Shown piece after piece: positions 57,653 to 64,000 of a DNA stretch of 64,000 nt. The translations under genes were made by a program, and so were the position numbers. The DNA comes from an uncultured virus (IMG/VR IMGVR_UViG_3300045391_003788) (Duplodnaviria > Heunggongvirae > Uroviricota > Caudoviricetes), in IMG/VR virus record IMGVR_UViG_3300045391_003788; one strand, 5' to 3'. Below the pieces are notes generated by a model. It was given only the letters and a program-made list of their open reading frames with translations, was not told where the DNA came from and did no database searches. Every line of letters begins with the position of its first letter. The first letter of the stretch is position 1.

Positions 57653-58033
57653 TCACATCTCCCGGGCGGTAAAACGGGCCGAGGTTGCCATCGCCGACTG
57701 AGAGGCGACGTTGCCGATCACCAGCCAGACCTTGCCGGTGGCCTCGTTGACGATCTGGTCGCTCTCCATCACGTCCGTGCCGTAGGCGAAGATGATGAGG
57801 CAGGTCGCGGCGGCGTACACCGTGTCGGCCACCCGGGCGGTGTGCAGGGCGTCCGGCTTCAGGTCCTGCGGTGTGCCGAACCGGCAGGGCACCGCCGTGG
57901 CGTGGTTCGTCCAGGTCGGCGTCGTGCCGCCCGCGCCGTCCGAGACCTGAGCCCGTCGCTTGATCGTGGCGGTATCGAGCAACGTCGTCTCGACCAGACG
58001 TCGCCCGGACTCCACGGCGGACTCGATGCTCAC
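57653..58033 (-). CDS. head-to-tail stopper / head closure protein
   Basis: SDGAGG...W...VPCR motif; position. Confidence 0.75.
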   Translation of the reverse strand: MSIESAVESGRRLVETTLLDTATIKRRAQVSDGAGGTTPTWTNHATAVPCRFGTPQDLKPDALHTARVADTVYAAATCLIIFAYGTDVMESDQIVNEATGKVWLVIGNVASQSAMATSARFTAREM

Positions 58034-58208
58034 GGCGGACCCTCAGTTCTCCGATTGACTCTCGGATCAGTTTTCGGGATAGGGCGGGTAGACCTCTTCC
58101 AGCGGAACGGGCTTCTCCCAGTAGCCGGTGGGGGTGTTCTCCTCGACCGGGCCGCCCGCAGGCTCCACGGACTCCTCGGCCTTCTTCTTGTCGGTCACGG
58201 TTCCTCCT

Positions 58209-58502
58209 TCAGATCGAGAACGACGACGGCTGGACGCTGATCTGCGTTTCGCTGGCAGCGTCTACGACACCGGCGGCGTCCCCTCGGAAAATCCAGGTAC
58301 CCGGGATGTCGACGTCCACCGACATCTCGAAGAACCCGATGTCGCGCCGGGTGAATTCGGTCGTCGGGTAGGTGATGACCGTCTCGGACCCGGTCGGGTC
58401 CTTGATGAAACATCGGGCGACGACCGGGTCGGTGGGCACACCCAGCAGGTAGAACTTGATCTCTACGGTGATTCGCTGCCCGGGGTAGATCAGGTCGGCC
58501 AT
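58209..58502 (-). CDS. small virion accessory protein
   Basis: Ig-like beta pattern (DPTG...G.F...PGTW). Confidence 0.6.
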   Translation of the reverse strand: MADLIYPGQRITVEIKFYLLGVPTDPVVARCFIKDPTGSETVITYPTTEFTRRDIGFFEMSVDVDIPGTWIFRGDAAGVVDAASETQISVQPSSFSI

Positions 58503-58503
58503 C

Positions 58504-59562
58504 TCAACTCCGTCGCACGCGAATGATGACTTCGGATGCCTTCAGGGCGACCACCCGGGCGATACCCGGCCGACCGAAGACGCGACCCAGTGGGGTCAGA
58601 GCCAGTGTGCCAACAGATGTGATGGAGCCGGTGAATAGGCGAATGAACTTCTTCGAATACGTACCGACCGCTGTCGTGCTACCGATGAAGGGATTCTTCA
58701 GAATCGTCTTCCGCAGTGTTGCAGTTGTCGAGATTGTCCCGGTCAGCACCTTGTTGGCCCGCTTCAGGAAGGCCCCGGTCGCGGTGCATGAACCGGTGAA
58801 GACCTTGACGACGACCTTCAGGAACGTGGCCGCACCGGTTGCCGTCGATGAGCCGGTGAACGGGTTCTTCGTGACGTTCTTCTTGAAGGCGCCGGTCGCG
58901 GTGACCGACCCGGTGAAGTTCTGGACGTTGCCGGGCCGCAGCGCAACGGTGATGCCGGTCATCGACACCGCTGCCGACGGGTTGACCGACCAGGTCTTGG
59001 TGCCGACGCTACCCGCCGTGGCGCGCAGTTCCTGATACATCGCCCCGCATCGGCCGGTACCGGCAGCGGAGTACGCCTTGACCAGGGTCGATCCGGACGG
59101 CGGGACCACCGTACGAGTCGCGGTGTCCGCTCCGAACAGGTACAGCGCCATCGCGCCGTTGGTCACCGTGCTGTAGGCGCCGACCGTGATCGAGGTCGAG
59201 TTGTTGCCGCCGGTCACCGCCGTCGCGTCGACCGGCGTGGTGGGGTGCACGCCACCGTAGGCCTGCACGATGGCCGTCATCCGGTCGGCGGTCTGCCCGG
59301 AGGAGGCGGACGGGGCGGTCAGCGACCCGTTGTCGAACTTGTAGTAGGTCGCCACCGTGACCGGGTCGGCCGAACCGAAGGCGACCGGCGTATGCAATTG
59401 CGTCCAGCCCGACGGGCCGGTCAAAGTGCCGGTTGCGTCGAACGTCATGATGAATTGGGCAACGACGAGGTCGCCGGTCACCCTGTCCGAGGGCAGGGAG
59501 CCGCTGATCGATGTGGTCGAGGAATTCTCGGCCACCGTCGCCGTGCGACCGGTGATCGCCAT
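58504..59562 (-). CDS. head/neck appendage protein with FTGSxTATG repeats
   Basis: PSGWT-type beta domain followed by ~19-aa repeats. Confidence 0.7.
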   Translation of the reverse strand: MAITGRTATVAENSSTTSISGSLPSDRVTGDLVVAQFIMTFDATGTLTGPSGWTQLHTPVAFGSADPVTVATYYKFDNGSLTAPSASSGQTADRMTAIVQAYGGVHPTTPVDATAVTGGNNSTSITVGAYSTVTNGAMALYLFGADTATRTVVPPSGSTLVKAYSAAGTGRCGAMYQELRATAGSVGTKTWSVNPSAAVSMTGITVALRPGNVQNFTGSVTATGAFKKNVTKNPFTGSSTATGAATFLKVVVKVFTGSCTATGAFLKRANKVLTGTISTTATLRKTILKNPFIGSTTAVGTYSKKFIRLFTGSITSVGTLALTPLGRVFGRPGIARVVALKASEVIIRVRRS

Positions 59563-59587
59563 TTTTTCTTACCCCTAGGGGTTTAAA

Positions 59588-60286
59588 TCAGCCGCCCGAC
59601 GGGAAGGTAAGTTGGTAGGTGGCCGCAATCGACTCGGACGAGGCCAGGTTGACCACCGAGAACAACGAGCGGTCCAGCATGACGCCCGAGCCCGACGTCG
59701 CGACGGAGAAGATGCCGTGCTCGGTGGCGGCGACCGTCGCGGAGACGGTGATGGTGGCAGTGGTTTCGTACGTCTTGGAATCACCGGACTTCTCGCCGAG
59801 CGTTCCAGTCGGGCGAGTGTTCGACGACGAATACTGGGTGGTCAGTTCGGTGACCAACGCGGTCTGGGCGGCGGACTCGGCGGTTGTGCCGGTGCCCAGG
59901 CCGTGGAACTTCATGTTCTCCAGTTCCACCAGGTTCTGGAAGGCATCCACGATGTAGCCGACACCGGTGTCCGTCACCACCCGGCACGAGGCCAGACCGA
60001 GGTCTTCCATCGTCCCGTCGTTGCGGAACACGCTCAGCCACAGGTGACCGATGGCGAACAGACGACCGTGGTCAAAAGCGTCCTGGTCGACCAGGGAGCG
60101 CTCGAAGTTCTCGTCGAGGTTGGCCTGCTGCCAGGCCCGACGCATCGCCGCCATGCGGTCCCAGAAGCGGATGGACCGCTGCGGGGTGCCGTAGCGAACG
60201 GCGTCGTCGAGGTTGCGGATGACGGGACGCACCGGAGGGACCAGGCGCCGCATCGACACATTGCCGGTGGGCTGGCTCGTGCTCAT
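59588..60286 (-). CDS. virion protein, paralog of 23305-23883
   Basis: VVTDTG...LGTGTTAESAAQTALVTEL...TEHGIF. Confidence 0.7.
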   Translation of the reverse strand: MSTSQPTGNVSMRRLVPPVRPVIRNLDDAVRYGTPQRSIRFWDRMAAMRRAWQQANLDENFERSLVDQDAFDHGRLFAIGHLWLSVFRNDGTMEDLGLASCRVVTDTGVGYIVDAFQNLVELENMKFHGLGTGTTAESAAQTALVTELTTQYSSSNTRPTGTLGEKSGDSKTYETTATITVSATVAATEHGIFSVATSGSGVMLDRSLFSVVNLASSESIAATYQLTFPSGG

Positions 60287-60299
60287 TTCCTTCTTCCCG

Positions 60300-60821
60300 T
60301 CAACTGGTGTGGTTAATGACCACGGAGTCAGTAACCGACGCATTCGGCGTTAGATCGCTCGCCTCACTGTCGTCAATGTCATACCTACCAGACCCGTATG
60401 CGGCCGAGCGGGTCCAGCGCGTGGAGTTCACGGTGCGCAAAGAACCGGTTGTCCCGGTCCCATAACCGGCCGCCGCCATGGCCTGATCGATATTTGCGAA
60501 ATCGAGAATGGAAAGCACCATTCTCGGACGAGGAGTGTCCCGCTGGAATTGCCAGCCGATGGACACACCGCCGTCGGAGGTGACCGACTGCTGGGACAAC
60601 AGGTCGGGATTGGCCAACACCCGGATGACCGCCTCGCAGACCGTCATGACGACGACCCGCTCGGGCACCGACCCGTTCGCCACGGCGGCGGCCAGGGACG
60701 GGCGGTTGATGTCGATCAGGGTGATGGCGTCATCGATCAAGGTGACCGCGACGTCCGATTCCGCGACCGAAAGGGGACGCCAGCGCTGCTCGATGTCGGG
60801 AGTGCCGACGGAGTAGGTCAC
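60300..60821 (-). CDS. head-to-tail adaptor
   Basis: DIEQRWRPLS..E...LIDDA...VIRVLANP motif of actinophage adaptors. Confidence 0.85.
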   Translation of the reverse strand: MTYSVGTPDIEQRWRPLSVAESDVAVTLIDDAITLIDINRPSLAAAVANGSVPERVVVMTVCEAVIRVLANPDLLSQQSVTSDGGVSIGWQFQRDTPRPRMVLSILDFANIDQAMAAAGYGTGTTGSLRTVNSTRWTRSAAYGSGRYDIDDSEASDLTPNASVTDSVVINHTS

Positions 60822-60845
60822 TGGCGTCCCCTTTCGCTAGATCAC

Positions 60846-61253
60846 TCAGGCGGTGCGGGTGACGACGACCTCGACCTCGCCGCCCGGGTCGGTGATCCCG
60901 GTGCCGACGTGGAGGCTCTGGAACTGGAGGATGTCGCCAGCGGCCACGACGAGGTTCGCGGCGGTGCCCGAGAGGGTCACCGCGATCTCGTCGAACGCCA
61001 CCAGGTTGGTGCCGGACACCAGCGCGAGGCTGGCGACCGACGTGGAACCGGCACCGGTCTGACCCTTGTTGACCAGGTTCAGGGTGCGGCTGTTGGTGTT
61101 CGCGCCGGACAGCGCGGCCACAGGCGAGTAAGAAACCGAGGAAACGGTGCCCGCCTCGGTGACCTTGATGGAATACGAGGCGTCGTTACCGGCCGTCGAA
61201 ACGGCGGCAGTCTGCGCCCGGTAGACCGTGGTCTTGGCAGCCAGGTCGGCCAT
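60846..61253 (-). CDS. putative capsid decoration protein
   Basis: Small beta-rich gene directly after the capsid gene. Confidence 0.55.
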   Translation of the reverse strand: MADLAAKTTVYRAQTAAVSTAGNDASYSIKVTEAGTVSSVSYSPVAALSGANTNSRTLNLVNKGQTGAGSTSVASLALVSGTNLVAFDEIAVTLSGTAANLVVAAGDILQFQSLHVGTGITDPGGEVEVVVTRTA

Positions 61254-61271
61254 GACTAAGTCAGTCCCCTC

Positions 61272-62285
61272 TCACGGAAGCGCGATGTAGGCGACCGGGT
61301 AACGGCTCGCCTCCACCGGACGGTCGTTGTTGATGGTGTTCACGACCTGCCAGCCCACGCGGAAGGTCAGACGCACGGCGGTCATGTCCTGCTGAGCGAG
61401 GTTGAACATGATCGCGCCGGTGTTGTCCTGAATGACGGCCTCGGTGAGGATCTTCAGGCTGATGTCCTTGCGGACCGCGACGACGAACTGCGAGAAATCG
61501 CCACCGATGACCCGGGGAGAACCCGAAGAAGTCGCCCAGAGACCACGCATCGGGTACGAGATGGGGTGCCCGTCGAGGGTCCGCAGGTCGGCGCCGATGC
61601 GCACGCCGCCGTCGGTGCGGTCGCCGAGGGTGTTGCGGGTCTTGCGCAACTTGGTCCGCAGCGAGGTGGCACCGACCCAGCCGGACAGTTCGAAACCGTC
61701 CTGCTCGACCTTGTCGTAGAGGTCGTCCACGTCACCGAGGAAGCCACCGGCCGCCGCCGCGTTCGTGCCCTCCGTGACCGAGTTGGACGCCGAGTTGGCG
61801 GCCGACACGACGTAGGTGGGGAACGAGGAGGGAGCGTTAGTGCCGAAGAAGACCGCCTGGTCCAGCACTCGGGCGAAGGCCTCCGCAAGAAGCGGCTGCG
61901 CCTCGTCCCAGATGTTCGCGTCCACGTCGTCCAGGACGTTGTCCGGGACCGGCATGATGACGGCGATCTCTTCGATGTTCAGGTACTTGTTCGACCACGC
62001 CATCTCGGTGGTCTGCTTCATGCCCGAATCGCCCGCAACCCAGTAGGCGGCCGGGAGAGCCGACAGAACAGGGAATCGGATCTGTGCCCGGGCGACCGGG
62101 ATGTGGCGGAACAGGGAAAGGGTCGCCGAGGACTCGACGGCCTTCCCGAGCATGATGTCGCTGACTTCCTCGGGAATGAGGGCAGCGGCGTCGGTCCGGT
62201 TGGTGCTGTTGTTGTACGCACCACCGGAGTACGGGTAGATCGGGGTCCCGTCGGCTCGGTAGCCGATCGGCGTGAGGCTCGACAC
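61272..62285 (-). CDS. major capsid protein (HK97 fold)
   Basis: LIPEE, AYWV, IAVIMPV, GDFSQF, NLAQQDMTAVRLTFRVGW. Confidence 0.93.
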   Translation of the reverse strand: MSSLTPIGYRADGTPIYPYSGGAYNNSTNRTDAAALIPEEVSDIMLGKAVESSATLSLFRHIPVARAQIRFPVLSALPAAYWVAGDSGMKQTTEMAWSNKYLNIEEIAVIMPVPDNVLDDVDANIWDEAQPLLAEAFARVLDQAVFFGTNAPSSFPTYVVSAANSASNSVTEGTNAAAAGGFLGDVDDLYDKVEQDGFELSGWVGATSLRTKLRKTRNTLGDRTDGGVRIGADLRTLDGHPISYPMRGLWATSSGSPRVIGGDFSQFVVAVRKDISLKILTEAVIQDNTGAIMFNLAQQDMTAVRLTFRVGWQVVNTINNDRPVEASRYPVAYIALP

Positions 62286-62350
62286 GACAGACCTCCAAGG
62301 GTGAATTCAGGGGTGGTGCAGCCCCAGTCGTGTCGGGTGCTGGCGCTGCG

Positions 62351-63016
62351 TTAACGGCGTCCGCGACCTGCTGCATCACGGATGATGTCGTTCATGCTCC
62401 GAGGCTTCCCAGAAGTGGGGCCCCGAACACCGCCCTCGAAATCGACCCTGCGTGAAACCTTGGCCAGGTGGGGCTTTTCGCGAAGTAGATCCGAGAGATC
62501 CCGCTCGATCGACCGGGAGTCGACCTCGCCGTCCTCGTCTACGTCGTAATCGCCCGCGTTCAGGAACTTGACCGCATCCCTGGGGTCGGCGAACTTGTCC
62601 GCCGCCAGGGCCCGAATCTCCGCATTGACGATCCGGGTGTTGGCCTTGTCGAGAATTTCTCGCTGGACTTGGCGGACATCCACCTCGTCCTGCTTCTTCT
62701 CGGCCTTGTCGGTCTTCGCCGCCAGCGCCGCCCGGACCTCGTCCGGTGACGTGACGCCCAGTTCCTTCGCCAGGACCCGCCAGGGACGAAGTGCATCCCG
62801 GGCCGCCTTGGCCGCCGCACGCTCTGCCTCGATCGCCTTCCGCCCACCGGGCGTCAGGCCATCTCCGGTTTCGTTCTCCTCGTCCTCGTTCTCTTCCTCG
62901 GATTCCTCGCCCCCCTCTTCGCCTTCGGCTCCGTGGTATCCCCAGAAGGGGGTGCCATCGGCCCGCAGGCCCAGGGGAACGATTTCCTCGGTGGTCTCAG
63001 ACAAGTCGAACTGCAT
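62351..63016 (-). CDS. scaffolding protein
   Basis: Acidic N-terminus, coiled coil, FADPRDA, KPHLA, SMNDIIR. Confidence 0.85.
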   Translation of the reverse strand: MQFDLSETTEEIVPLGLRADGTPFWGYHGAEGEEGGEESEEENEDEENETGDGLTPGGRKAIEAERAAAKAARDALRPWRVLAKELGVTSPDEVRAALAAKTDKAEKKQDEVDVRQVQREILDKANTRIVNAEIRALAADKFADPRDAVKFLNAGDYDVDEDGEVDSRSIERDLSDLLREKPHLAKVSRRVDFEGGVRGPTSGKPRSMNDIIRDAAGRGRR

Positions 63017-63080
63017 GATTTCTCCTTCGGGGGCTACGGCATCACGCCGTTGATTCCTGGAGCCTCACGCTCATCAGGGA

Positions 63081-63992
63081 TCAACGCAGAATGTACCCGA
63101 ACCGAGTAAGCGAACGGCGAACTTCGTCACTGTTCCCGTGAGCATCCCGAATGATCTGCCAAGGTGTTGGCCGAGGAGTCCTGCCTCCATTTGTGTTCAG
63201 ACCCCTGGTCCCGGTCGTGGTATATCGCCGACCGTCACCAGCAATGGTGATCCCGCCCTTGCGACCCACATTGACAACCGATGACATGCTCGCGCCCTGG
63301 CGGATGGCCTCGGCATCCGCCTTGCCGAAGACGGCGTCCTGCTGGCGCGGCTCCAGGGACTTGAAGTACGTCTCCGGATCAGTAATGAATTCGTCGGCAA
63401 TCTCTTGATTGACCGGAATATGGCGACAATCGCATCTCAAATGCCGCTCGAACCCCGCACTCCACCGGTAGAAACGCCCGGCCAGGATGATGCAGCGCGA
63501 GCACGACGGAGTGACCAGGACCCGGGTGTAGCCGAGTTGGGGGTGCCGGGAGCGGGACCGGCGGCTTACCTTCGTCAGGCGGGCACCGGTAGGAGATGTC
63601 GAGGGTGAGCCGGTGCTCGCACCAGCCAAGGCCACCTGATCCGCCGCCCGACCGGCGTCCGGGATCTCCGAGGTGACCACCGCACGCAGAAACGACTCGC
63701 CTGCCTCCCGCGCCACGGCGGGGCTGTCGCCACGCCGGGTCCGGATCGAGGCCTGGATCGGGGCACCCGCGAGCAGGGACTCCAGGTTCCGGCCATCCGC
63801 CGCCCGGCCCGCGAACGACGACGGCACCACCTGCGGCACGTCCGCCCAGTCCGTGCCGCCGACCTCCAGTGCGGTCCGGACGTAGGCGGTCGCGTCGGCC
63901 GCCGCCGACTCCTGGGCAAGCGCGAGCAACACGAAGATCCGCTCGCCGAGGCCCCGGGTGAACCACGACCCGAACCAGTCGGCGGTCTCCAC
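63081..63992 (-). CDS. minor capsid / MuF-like protein (5' end probably beyond the window)
   Basis: SCSRCIILAGR...FERHLRCDCRHIP motif. Confidence 0.8.
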   Translation of the reverse strand: METADWFGSWFTRGLGERIFVLLALAQESAAADATAYVRTALEVGGTDWADVPQVVPSSFAGRAADGRNLESLLAGAPIQASIRTRRGDSPAVAREAGESFLRAVVTSEIPDAGRAADQVALAGASTGSPSTSPTGARLTKVSRRSRSRHPQLGYTRVLVTPSCSRCIILAGRFYRWSAGFERHLRCDCRHIPVNQEIADEFITDPETYFKSLEPRQQDAVFGKADAEAIRQGASMSSVVNVGRKGGITIAGDGRRYTTTGTRGLNTNGGRTPRPTPWQIIRDAHGNSDEVRRSLTRFGYILR

Positions 63993-64000
63993 CTGAGCCC

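Overview
The window holds most of a high-GC actinobacterial siphovirus genome in reverse orientation. At the left is a packaging-end-like region with an HNH gene and an iteron-rich origin-like tract. A long early/accessory arm follows, containing a RecD/Dda helicase, a TraB/FtsK translocase, many small genes with leaderless promoters, endonuclease VII, a likely SSB, a PD-(D/E)XK exonuclease, a primase-polymerase/D5 helicase and five tRNAs. The lysis and virion genes run from endolysin through tail, tape measure, capsid, scaffold and minor capsid. Portal and terminase are not in the window, and I found no integrase or DNA polymerase. The most striking element is at 17472-18976 (-): a conserved uncharacterised protein gene followed by a ~430-nt structured RNA carrying two circularly permuted tRNA-like domains, each with an internal CCA, plus a hexamer repeat. 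Other highlights are a triplicated WCGxY protein family, a second virion-appendage module displaced into the early arm behind a JAB protease, a shared leader motif on scaffold and capsid, a small secreted peptide and further candidate ncRNAs. All calls come from reading motifs by eye; no searches were run.
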